A program made the position numbers and the translations under genes. Shown here piece after piece: positions 20,849 through 31,704 of a DNA stretch of 64,000 nucleotides (positions are counted from its first letter, which is position 1; each line of letters begins with the position of its first letter). The DNA is from Bacilli bacterium (GTDB lineage Bacteria > Bacillota_I > Bacilli_A > RF39 > UBA660). The notes under the pieces are model-generated. The model was not told the origin of the DNA, searched no databases, and saw only the letters and a list, made by a program, of their open reading frames with translations. The DNA lies in assembly GCA_016283935.1 (NCBI GenBank), contig JAEENX010000026.1, positions 30,528 through 94,527 of the forward strand, in the 5' to 3' direction.

Positions 20849-21101
20849 CTTCTTTTTTATTTTCAATATAAGTAACTATATCTTTAACTGTTTGTAATTT
20901 TTTAACATCTTTATCATCAATAGTAACTTTATACTTTTCTTCAAAAGCAACTACTAAATCTACTAAGTCTAAAGATTCCATTCCTAAGTCAGCAATTAAG
21001 TTACTTTCTTCTTTTACTTCTTTAACATCAATTTCCAATGTATCTGCAATAATCTTTCTTACTTCATCAGATACACTTACTTCTTTTTTCTTACCAAACA
21101 T
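20841..21101 (-). CDS. acyl carrier protein-like small carrier protein
   Basis: DLGMESLDLVDLV (phosphopantetheine Ser context); 86 aa acidic helical protein; translationally coupled to the upstream ligase. Confidence 0.8.
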   Translation of the reverse strand: MFGKKKEVSVSDEVRKIIADTLEIDVKEVKEESNLIADLGMESLDLVDLVVAFEEKYKVTIDDKDVKKLQTVKDIVTYIENKKEAK

Positions 21102-22681
21102 TATTTATATTCCTCCATTACTTTATTTCTTAATATCTTTTTATTATTATTCTTTATAAATTCTTCAGTTCTTAATAAAACTAAAGCAATTTGTCTATTT
21201 TTAGGTTTATCTTTATTATATTCATATATTAAATTATCAAAGTATTCTTGATCACCCATATATTCATCACTTGGATAAATACTTGCTATTATTTTATTAT
21301 CTTTATCAAATACTACACATTCAACTACTGCTTCATCTTTCATTAAAGATGCTTCTATTTCTTCTGGTGATACATTTTCCCCATTTGATAATATAATTAG
21401 ATTTTTCTTTCTACCAGTCATATATAGGAAATTATTTTCATCTAATCTTCCTAAATCTCCTGTATGAAAATATCCATCTATAATAACTTCTTTAGTAGCT
21501 TTTTTATCTCCATAATAACCAAGCATTACATTCTTACCTTTAACACATATTTCATCATCAATTATTTTAACATCTTGATCTTTACCAATATGTCCAATAG
21601 ATCCATCTCTATAGAATTCATTTCTATTAACTGAAATAACTGGTGAACATTCTGTAATACCATATCCATTTAATATTTCTATTCCTATAGATCTAAACCA
21701 TTTAACATATTTTATATCTAAATATGCTCCTCCACATATAATCCAATGAAGATTACCACCAAATGCATTAGTAACTGATTTAAATAATTGTTTTCTTAAA
21801 TCTATACCTACTTTATTTAATCCATTAGATACTTTAATACTTGATTTTAATAATTTATCTTTCTTAGTACTTCTTGCTGTTTTCCATATTTGTTTATAGA
21901 AAGTCTCTATAAAAGTTGGAACAACAAATAAAGTATCAGGTTTCTCATTTTTTAAATCTCTTAAAACATATTTTAAACTACTATTAATAAATACTTCTAC
22001 ACCATAATAAAAAGGTTTTAATACAGCAGTTATAAGTCCAAATGTATGATTAAAAGGTAATACAGAAACTACTTTACCATCAGGTTTAAATATACTAGAT
22101 AAAGAATATATATCAAATGCTATGTTTTCATTTGATAACATTACTCCTTTATTAGCTCCTGTAGTTCCTGAAGTAAAGAATATACATGCTAATTCATTAT
22201 TATCTATTACATGTTTATTATTTAATTTCTTACCTTCTTTAATATAACTGTTTATATCATGTAAGTTTAAAGATTTATATTTTAATTTTTCTATATAATC
22301 CACATATTCTTTTGAATAAACTATTATCTTTGTATCAGTTTTCTTCATAAGAGTTTTAAATAACTCTTCTCCACAGTCTTTATCAAATATAACTGCTACA
22401 TTTCCAGATAATATAATACCAAAGAAATGAACTAACCAATCATAACTATTTTCACCTATTATACCAATATGATCATTCTTATAATTTTTATAATAATAAT
22501 TAGATATATTATTGCAATCTTCATAAAAGTCTTTATAAGTCTTAGTTACTTTATTACTATCTTCTATCCAAGAAAAAGCAATATCATTAGGTTGTTCTTT
22601 ATATCTTAATTCAATTAATTCTTTTAAGTTATTAATATATGTATGTTCATAAAAAGGATAATCTCTATTCTTTCTTCTCAT
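21101..22681 (-). CDS. AMP-dependent synthetase/ligase (acyl-ACP/CoA synthetase family)
   Basis: FFTSGTTGANKGV AMP-binding motif, YGITE, GDLGRLDENNFLYMTGRKKNLI core. Confidence 0.8.
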   Translation of the reverse strand: MRRKNRDYPFYEHTYINNLKELIELRYKEQPNDIAFSWIEDSNKVTKTYKDFYEDCNNISNYYYKNYKNDHIGIIGENSYDWLVHFFGIILSGNVAVIFDKDCGEELFKTLMKKTDTKIIVYSKEYVDYIEKLKYKSLNLHDINSYIKEGKKLNNKHVIDNNELACIFFTSGTTGANKGVMLSNENIAFDIYSLSSIFKPDGKVVSVLPFNHTFGLITAVLKPFYYGVEVFINSSLKYVLRDLKNEKPDTLFVVPTFIETFYKQIWKTARSTKKDKLLKSSIKVSNGLNKVGIDLRKQLFKSVTNAFGGNLHWIICGGAYLDIKYVKWFRSIGIEILNGYGITECSPVISVNRNEFYRDGSIGHIGKDQDVKIIDDEICVKGKNVMLGYYGDKKATKEVIIDGYFHTGDLGRLDENNFLYMTGRKKNLIILSNGENVSPEEIEASLMKDEAVVECVVFDKDNKIIASIYPSDEYMGDQEYFDNLIYEYNKDKPKNRQIALVLLRTEEFIKNNNKKILRNKVMEEYK

Positions 22682-22770
22682 ATTATCACCACATTAGTTA
22701 TTATATCATTTGAATATTAATATTACCAATAAAATATGCTATAATTAAGATACATGTTAGGAGTGAAAAC

Positions 22771-23577
22771 ATGAACTTATTATACTGTGGTGATTCAAAT
22801 ATATATGATGGTTTAATAATATCTTTATTATCTATTATTAAATATACAGATGAACAATTAAATGTTTTTATATTAACCATGAAATATAAAGATTATAAAC
22901 CACTTAATAATAATCATATAAAAGTATTAAATAAAATAGTTAAAGAAGTTAATAAAGATTCATCAGTACAATTAATTGATATAACTGATATAGTAAATAA
23001 TTGTTTACCTACAGCTAATATAAATACAAGATTTACTCCATATTGTATGTTAAGATTATATGCTGATCAAATAAAAGAAATACCAGATAAAATACTTTAT
23101 CTAGATAATGATATAGTAGCATTTAAAGACATTACTCCTTTATATAATACTGATATAACTAAATATGAATTAACTGGAGTATTAGATTACTGGGGAAAAC
23201 ATTTTTATCAAAATAGAATTATAAAAAAGAATTATTTAAATTCAGGAGTTCTATTATTAAATATGAAATTAATAAGAGAATCTAAACTATTTGAAAAATG
23301 TAGAATACTATGTCGAGATAAAAAAATGTTATTACCAGATCAACATGCTTTAAATTATTTAGCTAATTCTAAAAAAATACTTCCACGTATTTATAATGAA
23401 CAAGCTAAATTAACAAAGAAAACAGTAATAAGACATTTCACTACTACATTTAAATTTTTTCCAAAGTTTCATACTCAAACAATTAAACCATGGAACATAG
23501 AAGAATTACATAATACATTAAAAGTATATGAATTAGATGATATATTAGAAAAATATAAAAAGATAAGGAATGATTAA
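22771..23577 (+). CDS. family 8 glycosyltransferase (LgtC/GspA-like)
   Basis: ILYLDNDIV (DxD), NSGVLLLN, GT8 layout. Confidence 0.7.
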   Translation: MNLLYCGDSNIYDGLIISLLSIIKYTDEQLNVFILTMKYKDYKPLNNNHIKVLNKIVKEVNKDSSVQLIDITDIVNNCLPTANINTRFTPYCMLRLYADQIKEIPDKILYLDNDIVAFKDITPLYNTDITKYELTGVLDYWGKHFYQNRIIKKNYLNSGVLLLNMKLIRESKLFEKCRILCRDKKMLLPDQHALNYLANSKKILPRIYNEQAKLTKKTVIRHFTTTFKFFPKFHTQTIKPWNIEELHNTLKVYELDDILEKYKKIRND

Positions 23578-24541
23578 TATGAAGAAGACAGTTCAAGTTT
23601 TTTACAGTGTTGATGATAGATATGCCCCATATTTAGGAGTATCTATTTTATCTTTAATTGATCATACTAATCCAAATAGAAATTATGAAATAAATATAGT
23701 TCATAAAAACTTATCAAAAGATAATAAAGATAAATTAAAGAAATTAAAAACTAAGAATGTAAAAATAAAATTAGTTGGTATGAATAAATCACTAGAAGAA
23801 ATAAAAAATAATTCTAATAATAGATTAAACGGTGGAGATATTTTTACTCTTACAATATTCTTTAGAATATTCTTACCTAAAATGTTTAAATTAAAAGATA
23901 AAGGAATCTACATTGACTGTGACACTATCATCAATCAAGATATTGCAGAATTATTTGATATGGATTTAGGTGATAACTTAATTGCAGGAGTTCAAGATAA
24001 ATCAATATCTAAGAACCCTACTTTTACTAAATATGTAGAAAAAGTTGTTGGTATACCATTTGATCATTATATTAATTCAGGTATGATGTTAATGGATTTC
24101 AAAAAATTAAGAAAAGTTAAATTTGATGAACATTTCTTATACCTATTTAATAAGTATCACTTTGAAACTATTGCTCCTGATCAAGATTATATAAATGCTA
24201 TGTTATTTAATAAAATTAAATATGTAGATTACAAATGGAATTGTATGCCTGTTGAATTAGGTATACCACTTAAAAATCCTGCTATTATACATTACAATTT
24301 ATTTTTAAAACCATGGCATTATAAAGTTATGTATGATAAGTATTTTTGGAACTATGTAAAACAATCTGATTTCAAAAAAGAAATTGAAGAAGAAAGAAAT
24401 ACTTATAAATGGAGATTCAAAAAAGCCATTGATAAATTACATTTATTAACCATGGTTAAAAGAGCTGCTGATATGTATAAAAGAAATCCTAAAAATACAT
24501 TTGCAAATGTATTAACAACTGGTAAGGAAAAAAGAATATGA
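23570..24541 (+). CDS. family 8 glycosyltransferase
   Basis: YSVDDRYAPYLGVSILSL, IYIDCDTII (DxD), INSGMMLMD; overlaps upstream GT8 by 8 nt. Confidence 0.7.
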   Translation: MINMKKTVQVFYSVDDRYAPYLGVSILSLIDHTNPNRNYEINIVHKNLSKDNKDKLKKLKTKNVKIKLVGMNKSLEEIKNNSNNRLNGGDIFTLTIFFRIFLPKMFKLKDKGIYIDCDTIINQDIAELFDMDLGDNLIAGVQDKSISKNPTFTKYVEKVVGIPFDHYINSGMMLMDFKKLRKVKFDEHFLYLFNKYHFETIAPDQDYINAMLFNKIKYVDYKWNCMPVELGIPLKNPAIIHYNLFLKPWHYKVMYDKYFWNYVKQSDFKKEIEEERNTYKWRFKKAIDKLHLLTMVKRAADMYKRNPKNTFANVLTTGKEKRI

Positions 24542-25392
24542 ATCCAGATTTGAAGATAATAGATAATATTAAATATAACTTAGATAATAATTTATTAAAT
24601 GATACAGTTGCTATAGATGACCCTATTCTAACTGAAGAAGAAATTGATAAACTAATATCTAAATATTACAAATTAAAAGAAAATAAAATTAAATATAATA
24701 TAGATAAAAAAGCAGTTGATACATTAGTAAGAACTACATGTAAATATGTATATGATAGTATAGAAATTGTTGGTTTAGAAAACTTAGATAATATAAATGA
24801 AGGTGCTATTATTACAGGTAATCATTATAGTCCTGTAGATACTATACCAATTAAAGAAGCTATATTAAAGAAATATAATAAAGAACCATATATTGTTTCT
24901 TTAGCATCTAATTTAGCTTTAAAAGCTCCATTAGATTATATTATTAATCATCAAAATATATTACCTATTAAAGATAGTATTAATTATATGAACAATGAAT
25001 TTAAACCAAGATTATTTGATTTATTAAATAATAAAGAATATGTAATTATTTATCCGGAACAACAAATGTGGAATAATTACAGATTACCAAGACCTTGTAA
25101 AAGAGGTGCTTACTCTTTTGCAGCTGAAGCAAATAAACCAATTATATCTACATTCACTGAACTTATAGATACAGGTATATCTGATGATGATAATTTTAAT
25201 AAAATTAAATATAGATTACATATATTAAAACCAATATATCCAGATACTAATAAATCTATAAGACAAAATAGTATAGATATGGCTAAAATAGATTATGATC
25301 AAAAAGTTAAATGTTATGAGGAAGTATATAATACAAAGTTAGATTACACTTTTGATATATCTAATATTGCTGGATTAAAAAAGAAAGATTAA
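24538..25392 (+). CDS. PlsC/LPLAT-family acyltransferase
   Basis: GNHYSPVD (Hx4D) and IYPEQQ block; overlaps upstream GT8 by 4 nt. Confidence 0.6.
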   Translation: MNPDLKIIDNIKYNLDNNLLNDTVAIDDPILTEEEIDKLISKYYKLKENKIKYNIDKKAVDTLVRTTCKYVYDSIEIVGLENLDNINEGAIITGNHYSPVDTIPIKEAILKKYNKEPYIVSLASNLALKAPLDYIINHQNILPIKDSINYMNNEFKPRLFDLLNNKEYVIIYPEQQMWNNYRLPRPCKRGAYSFAAEANKPIISTFTELIDTGISDDDNFNKIKYRLHILKPIYPDTNKSIRQNSIDMAKIDYDQKVKCYEEVYNTKLDYTFDISNIAGLKKKD

Positions 25393-26148
25393 TTAATCTT
25401 TCTTTTTATATGTTATAAATTCACAGTTAGAAGATTTACTTCTACTCTTCATTTTATTTAATACTTCCAATCTAAATTTTTCAGCATTTTCTTTTTTACT
25501 TATATCATTATTTTTAATAAATGGACCATCTATATAAATATTAATATTAGGTTTATTAAAAATATTAGATTTAATATATGTTGTAGTCATGGAATAAACT
25601 TTAGTATCTAAATCTACTGGATAATGAAAACTAACATTAGTATAATTTCTTATTCCTGTATACCAAGGCCATAGATGTGCTTCAGGATAAATAATAATTG
25701 GATTACCCTTCTTACTTCTATACTCCACTGCTTTTTTAAATTTAACTAATCCATGTAAATCTTCAGGAATTGGTAATGCTCCAGCTAAAGGTAATATCTT
25801 ACCTATTACAGGAATACCTAAATTAGCAGTACTACATATTAAATATGGTCTTCTAGGAAAACATATTAAAAATGGATTTAATATATCTCCAAATTGAGAT
25901 GTATGATTTCCATATAAGAAATATGTACCTTTTAATACTCTTTTATTTTTATAAGATATTCTTCTTACTAATTTATATATTAAAGCTACTAATAATATAA
26001 TCCAATATACTATATAAGATAATATATTCCATATTATATTTTTATGTATCCATTTATAACTACTTTTTAATTTATAATCTTGATTAGAAGATGTTATAAC
26101 ATCTTCATCATATGATTTATATTCTATCACTTTTTTCATATTATTCAC
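25393..26148 (-). CDS. divergent acyltransferase-like membrane protein
   Basis: N-terminal TM, YGNHTSQFGD and IIYPEAH blocks loosely resemble LPLAT motifs. Confidence 0.4.
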   Translation of the reverse strand: MNNMKKVIEYKSYDEDVITSSNQDYKLKSSYKWIHKNIIWNILSYIVYWIILLVALIYKLVRRISYKNKRVLKGTYFLYGNHTSQFGDILNPFLICFPRRPYLICSTANLGIPVIGKILPLAGALPIPEDLHGLVKFKKAVEYRSKKGNPIIIYPEAHLWPWYTGIRNYTNVSFHYPVDLDTKVYSMTTTYIKSNIFNKPNINIYIDGPFIKNNDISKKENAEKFRLEVLNKMKSRSKSSNCEFITYKKKD

Positions 26149-27112
26149 CTAATGTAGAATAACTATTAATATATTTTGAACCTTCTGCACTAACAAGATA
26201 AACAGATAATTCTTTTCTAGTATGATCTTTTGAAATCATAGTATCATTAACATTATAGTATTTATAAATAGTTCTATCTATTTGATCATCCCAAGTTAAA
26301 TCAACATTATAATAACCATCATCTAATAATATTAAATTCCAAGCATTATCTCCCTTCGCCTCACCTGTAATATAATATGTAGGAATACCTAATTTAGTCA
26401 TGATTATTTGGAATGATTTAGCGTATCCAGCACATACTGCTCGATGAGTAATCATAGCATTAAAAGCTGATTGATCATCTTTATATTCTTCATCATATGT
26501 AATCATACTTATCAATGTATCATGTACATATTTTTCTTTTTCATAGTCTAAAGAATATGTTTTAGCAACATCTACTATTGAATTAATAGCTTCATCAAAT
26601 ATTTGTCTATTATATTCAATATTATTTATTACTTCTGTATAAGATAAATTTATTTTAATAACTTCATTTGTATCATGATAATATTCATATGAATATTTAC
26701 TATTTAACCAGAATAATTCAGGATGATCATATAAAACAGCATAATAAATATTTTTAACATCATCTACTTGTATTTTTCTTGAAGGTCTTATAGATTGTTT
26801 ATATTCATTTGCACCTTCAATAATATCATAATAAACTTCTTTTTGACTTTCATTTAATAAAGCATAATATGGATAGAATTCAGCATCTATATAATCTCTA
26901 TTTTGAACTTGTCCACTTTTAAGTAATTCTTTATAATTATTTTTTTCATTATCATCTATTATTAAATATGAATCAAAACGATCATACCAAAAAGTATTAA
27001 TCATTTCAATTAATTTATCGGAATAATTATATGAATAATATCCACCATAAAGAATAGCAGTACATACAGCAATTAATAATACAAATTTGATAAATTGAAA
27101 TATTTTTTTCAC
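26141..27112 (-). CDS. transglutaminase-like cysteine protease superfamily protein, membrane anchored
   Basis: Cys-His-Asp triad context AVCAGYAKSF ... AWNLI ... DLTWDD; N-terminal TM. Confidence 0.65.
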   Translation of the reverse strand: MKKIFQFIKFVLLIAVCTAILYGGYYSYNYSDKLIEMINTFWYDRFDSYLIIDDNEKNNYKELLKSGQVQNRDYIDAEFYPYYALLNESQKEVYYDIIEGANEYKQSIRPSRKIQVDDVKNIYYAVLYDHPELFWLNSKYSYEYYHDTNEVIKINLSYTEVINNIEYNRQIFDEAINSIVDVAKTYSLDYEKEKYVHDTLISMITYDEEYKDDQSAFNAMITHRAVCAGYAKSFQIIMTKLGIPTYYITGEAKGDNAWNLILLDDGYYNVDLTWDDQIDRTIYKYYNVNDTMISKDHTRKELSVYLVSAEGSKYINSYSTLGE

Positions 27113-27163
27113 TGTACCACCCGCTTCTTCTAATATTATAACATAATATGTTATAATTTAAAT

Positions 27164-27859
27164 GTGATATATATGGAAAATAAGAATTTATCAAACGGAT
27201 ATACAATTAATTACATAACTGATTCATATAATAATGATTTGGTATCATTAGTTATAAATGGTACTACTCAATCTATATCTTTTACTGATAATAGAAAATA
27301 TGTATTATATGATCAATATTCTTATTACTATGACATTCCTAATAATATAGATGATATTTATAATACTTTAGTATTAGGTGGAGGAACAATGTCCTATCCT
27401 AAATACTATATATCTAAATATAAAAATAAATATATGGATGTAGTTGAAATTAATAAAGAATTAATTGATGCTTCATATACATATTTTTATTTAAATGATT
27501 TATATCATGACTTTGATCCAAATAAAGAAAGATTAAACATTATAAATGATGATTGTATTCATTATATAAACAATACTAATAAAAAATATGATTATATTTT
27601 CTTTGATGCATATATAGGATATGAAATAGTTCCTTCAATATATGAATATAGTACTATTCAAAAACTAAAATCTATATTAAATGAAAAAGGATATTTAGGT
27701 ATTAATTATGTTATAAATGATATTAATAAATATAATCAGTTAAAAGATGTGCTATTACATAACTTTGATTATTATAAAGAATATACTATAAAAGAAGCTC
27801 CTAACTTTAGATATATATTAGTATCTGATAAAGAAATAAAAAGCGAAGATGTTATCTAA
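27164..27859 (+). CDS. spermidine-synthase-like Rossmann-fold protein
   Basis: TLVLGGGTMSYP and DYIFFDAY blocks loosely resemble the PF01564 family. Confidence 0.4.
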   Translation: MIYMENKNLSNGYTINYITDSYNNDLVSLVINGTTQSISFTDNRKYVLYDQYSYYYDIPNNIDDIYNTLVLGGGTMSYPKYYISKYKNKYMDVVEINKELIDASYTYFYLNDLYHDFDPNKERLNIINDDCIHYINNTNKKYDYIFFDAYIGYEIVPSIYEYSTIQKLKSILNEKGYLGINYVINDINKYNQLKDVLLHNFDYYKEYTIKEAPNFRYILVSDKEIKSEDVI

Positions 27860-28511
27860 CGATAATACACTCTCCGCTTTTTTTAGTATCTATTAATTTA
27901 ATTATTTCTTCTATTGCTTTATCAAAAGGTACAAATTCAATTAAAGGTTTAACATCATCAGGAATATCATTCATAGATGTATCTAACCATCCAAAGCAAA
28001 TTGAATTAATTTTATATTTATTACTAAATATTTTAGTAATCATATTTAATCCTGCTTTAGAAACGTCATATTCTAATGTTTCTTCTTCATACATATCTAT
28101 AGCATTATCAGATGATATATTAACAATATTACCATCATTTGATTCTATATCTTTACCAAATAATTTAATTAATAAGAATGGTGCTATAGTATTAATATCT
28201 AATACTTTTCTAAATGATTCTTGATTCTTACCAGCAATACTACATTTATGATCTATAGCAGCATTATTAATTAAACAATCTATAGATATATTCTTTTCTT
28301 TTATTTGATTATATAAATTATTAATACTATCTTCACTTGTAAAATCACATTGATATACTAAAGATGTATCTTTATATAATTCATGTAATTTATTAACATT
28401 ATCAGCATTCTTATTATATACGAGAATAACAAAGTTACCATTATATAATAATTGAGTTGCTAGTTTTATACCTAAACCACCTGAAGCTCCTGTTAGTAGT
28501 ATTGTTTTCAT
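27852..28511 (-). CDS. short-chain dehydrogenase/reductase (SDR)
   Basis: TGASGGLG cofactor motif, NNAA, YDVSKAG catalytic YxxxK. Confidence 0.8.
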   Translation of the reverse strand: MKTILLTGASGGLGIKLATQLLYNGNFVILVYNKNADNVNKLHELYKDTSLVYQCDFTSEDSINNLYNQIKEKNISIDCLINNAAIDHKCSIAGKNQESFRKVLDINTIAPFLLIKLFGKDIESNDGNIVNISSDNAIDMYEEETLEYDVSKAGLNMITKIFSNKYKINSICFGWLDTSMNDIPDDVKPLIEFVPFDKAIEEIIKLIDTKKSGECIIVR

Positions 28512-28573
28512 ATAAAATCACCAAATTTAATATATCATTTTTTATATAAAATAAAAAGACACATAAGTGTCTT

Positions 28574-29314
28574 TTATTTAGTTAATTGAAAGAATTTAGT
28601 AAATAATTCTTCTTCATCTTTTAATATTTCTTCTGTTAATTCTTGACTACTACTTGATTGTTTAGAAGAAATACCTTCTTCTAATTTTAAAGGAGTACCA
28701 TTTTTAACATATATAAAGTTTGGAGCATATATTCTCTTTTCTCCTACTTTAATTTCATCACCATCTTGAGTTGTTAAAGTATAATCATCTAAAACTGAAT
28801 CAAGTTTTTCAAGTAATTTCTTATATTCTTCAGTTCCATCTTCTTCTTTAACTACTTTATTCTTTTTACCTAAGATATATTTATCTCTTAAGATTTCTTC
28901 ATTCTTATCATTTCTAATATTAACATAGTAAATAGTTTTAATATTTTGTATATTTGCTATTTCAGTAGCTTTTTCTATAACAGATCTACACCATGGACAA
29001 TTTGGAAAACCAAAATAAACTATGAATGTATCTCCTTTTTCTATTTTCTTTAATATATCTTCAGCTGAAGAATATACAAAAGGATTATCATTAGGAATGC
29101 TTACAGATCTAATTGCTTGTCCTGTAGAACTAACTTCTCCATTTAAAGCTTCATATTCATTTTTGAATTTAGATGCATCTTCTGAATTAAATCTAGAAGT
29201 ACCTCCTGTATGTATTACAGTGAATATTAATGCAATAACTAATACTACAGCACATACAACTCCACCTGCTGCAAATATGTTCTTTTGTTTATTACTCATT
29301 CGCAATTCCTCCAT
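28574..29314 (-). CDS. membrane-anchored thioredoxin-fold protein (CPWC active site)
   Basis: N-terminal TM, FGFPNCPWCR. Confidence 0.7.
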   Translation of the reverse strand: MEELRMSNKQKNIFAAGGVVCAVVLVIALIFTVIHTGGTSRFNSEDASKFKNEYEALNGEVSSTGQAIRSVSIPNDNPFVYSSAEDILKKIEKGDTFIVYFGFPNCPWCRSVIEKATEIANIQNIKTIYYVNIRNDKNEEILRDKYILGKKNKVVKEEDGTEEYKKLLEKLDSVLDDYTLTTQDGDEIKVGEKRIYAPNFIYVKNGTPLKLEEGISSKQSSSSQELTEEILKDEEELFTKFFQLTK

Positions 29315-29389
29315 TTACACCATTATTATATATTAAAACTTATAAAAATCAAATAAAAAACTAGTTGATTTTACTCAACTAGTTTTATT

Positions 29390-29581
29390 TTACAAACCTA
29401 ATAATTTTTTTACTTCTTCAACAGTATCATCTAATTTCTTAGTACTATAATCTGTTATCTTTTCAATTAATTGTTTTATTTCTTTCTTCTTTGTCTTTTT
29501 AGAACAATACTTTTCTATTTCTTCATCATTGTCATCTAAGATATCAAATATATAAGTATCTGTATAATCTAAACTATCCAT
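29390..29581 (-). CDS. small acidic hypothetical protein (63 aa)
   Basis: ORF 19 nt downstream of the 447-aa gene; terminator hairpin 29359-29384 follows. Confidence 0.3.
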   Translation of the reverse strand: MDSLDYTDTYIFDILDDNDEEIEKYCSKKTKKKEIKQLIEKITDYSTKKLDDTVEEVKKLLGL

Positions 29582-29599
29582 TTGTATTCATCTCCCTTT

Positions 29600-30943
29600 T
29601 TATATCATTTTAATATCTGCATGTAGTTCTTCTTGTTCTTGATTCATTTGAGCAACATTTTGTTGATATTCTGCATAACAAGTTTTTAATGTATTATCTA
29701 ATTTAATATATTCTTGAACTTGTGCATTTTTTCTTAATTCATCCATTCTTGCTAATATTGCATTCATATCTCCCATATTTATTTCATCTTCTACTTCTTC
29801 AGGAACTGTATTAGCAGTTGGAACTTCTTCATCAAAATCAGGTTTTAAATCAGGTCCAATTATATCCATAAGAGCTTGTCTTTCTTCAGGGGTTAACTCT
29901 ATTGAACTAGATTGAACTTGTTTATTTACTTGATTATTATTACTTAATAAATTATTTATTTCATCTTCACTTATATATTGTTCAGTTACACCTTGTTGAT
30001 CCCATGCATCAAGCATAATATCAGGTTTTAATTCTGTTTTTTGTTCTTCTGATGCCATTGATTTAGATGGATTTTCTTGAGGTGTTGCATTATCCATTCG
30101 TATTTGAGAAATATTATTAATCATTGAATCTGTAATATCTTTTGCTTGAGGGAATCTATCTTGAATTTGTCTATTAATAACTTCCATCATTCGAGTATTA
30201 TTAACTTTAGTATCTCCATCATACATATTTAATTCATGATTTTCAAATTTATAAGTTATATGATGACCATCATAATTGAATTCATATTTATCAAATCCAG
30301 GGATATATTTATCCATTGTATTTTTCATTTGTTCTAAGAATTTCTTTTCAAAAACTTCTATAGCTTCCTTAAATGAATTAACAACTGTACCTTTAGCATT
30401 AGCTAATTCACTTTTAATAATATCTAATGAATCTATTAAAGTTCTTTTTGAACCACCACATATGTAGTCAATATCTTCGTATATTTGAGAATTATTAAAG
30501 AATTCAAATTTTTGATTTAATACTCTTTTTAATTTTTCAACATAATCATCAATAATTCTATCTATAATAGTATCAATATTTAATATATCTTTATCTTCAA
30601 TTGAATCTTCATATTGACCTAATAATCTATATAAATGTTCTTCGTTTTCAACATTAGATAAATGATTACAAGTACCATTTGTGTTTTCAACAATAGTTTT
30701 AATATCTTTATTAATTTTTGTTTCTAATTCATCTTTGAATGAATCAATAACTCCTGTAATTAGAGGTTCCATGAAAGAAGCTCTAGCACCTAAAGTTTCA
30801 GATACAATATCTTGTAACTTTTCAGTAACTAAACCTCTGAATTTAACAGTTAAATCATCATATGTTCTATTAAGAAATGATTCGTTGTTTATACATGTAG
30901 TTTGAAAGAAATCTTTTGGATTTAATTCTCCCATAATAATCAC
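29600..30943 (-). CDS. hypothetical 447-aa soluble protein, Gln/Glu-rich C-terminal half
   Basis: Long ORF with SD; no recognised motif. Confidence 0.4.
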   Translation of the reverse strand: MIIMGELNPKDFFQTTCINNESFLNRTYDDLTVKFRGLVTEKLQDIVSETLGARASFMEPLITGVIDSFKDELETKINKDIKTIVENTNGTCNHLSNVENEEHLYRLLGQYEDSIEDKDILNIDTIIDRIIDDYVEKLKRVLNQKFEFFNNSQIYEDIDYICGGSKRTLIDSLDIIKSELANAKGTVVNSFKEAIEVFEKKFLEQMKNTMDKYIPGFDKYEFNYDGHHITYKFENHELNMYDGDTKVNNTRMMEVINRQIQDRFPQAKDITDSMINNISQIRMDNATPQENPSKSMASEEQKTELKPDIMLDAWDQQGVTEQYISEDEINNLLSNNNQVNKQVQSSSIELTPEERQALMDIIGPDLKPDFDEEVPTANTVPEEVEDEINMGDMNAILARMDELRKNAQVQEYIKLDNTLKTCYAEYQQNVAQMNQEQEELHADIKMI

Positions 30944-31026
30944 CTATTATAATTATATATCAACATGTAACTTTACACGTCTAATTTCGGTAAAATATTT
31001 GTATAATTGACATATAAAAAGGATAA

Positions 31027-31704
31027 CTATTTGTTATCCTTTTTATTTCTATTAAATATATTTGTTACAGTTTTAACTGGATGAATATGTGGGAATGCTT
31101 TTATTATTCTCTTATATATCCATTCATATTTATCTACCTTATAATCTTCAGTACTATCTTTTTTAACTTCTGTTATATGTTTCTTTAATTTAAATCCAGC
31201 TATATAACCTATTATATTATCGATTATATATAGAATTATAAATGTAATAGCTAATACTATTACTAAATTATCACTTAATAAATTAACAATACTTTCAAAG
31301 AAAGGATGCATTCCATATTTAAAGAATACACCTAACAATCCAAATGGAACCATTGTTCCTAAACAAATACGTCCATTTATATTAAACTTTCTATGCGAAT
31401 AATCCCACCATCTAGCATGAAATAATTTTTCCATAATAAAAGATGCTGCATATTCTAATATAGAACATATCAATACACTTTTTAAGAATACTAAGAAGAC
31501 ATTATTAGTATTATATATAAAGAATATAAACAATACTCCTGCTCTTCCATATATAGGGCAAATTGGTCCAATTAAGAATCCACGATTAATTAATTTACCA
31601 GTTTCTATATATTTAGCGACTACTTCTATTATCCATCCTATAAAAGCATATATTACAAAATAAATTACATATCTTGAAAATATAGCCATATTAGTTTCTA
31701 ACAC
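31027..31704 (-). CDS. integral membrane protein (PF06541/DUF1113-like, GPxCPIYG signature)
   Basis: FLIGPICPIYG motif and 5-6 TM helices. Confidence 0.4.
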   Translation of the reverse strand: MLETNMAIFSRYVIYFVIYAFIGWIIEVVAKYIETGKLINRGFLIGPICPIYGRAGVLFIFFIYNTNNVFLVFLKSVLICSILEYAASFIMEKLFHARWWDYSHRKFNINGRICLGTMVPFGLLGVFFKYGMHPFFESIVNLLSDNLVIVLAITFIILYIIDNIIGYIAGFKLKKHITEVKKDSTEDYKVDKYEWIYKRIIKAFPHIHPVKTVTNIFNRNKKDNK

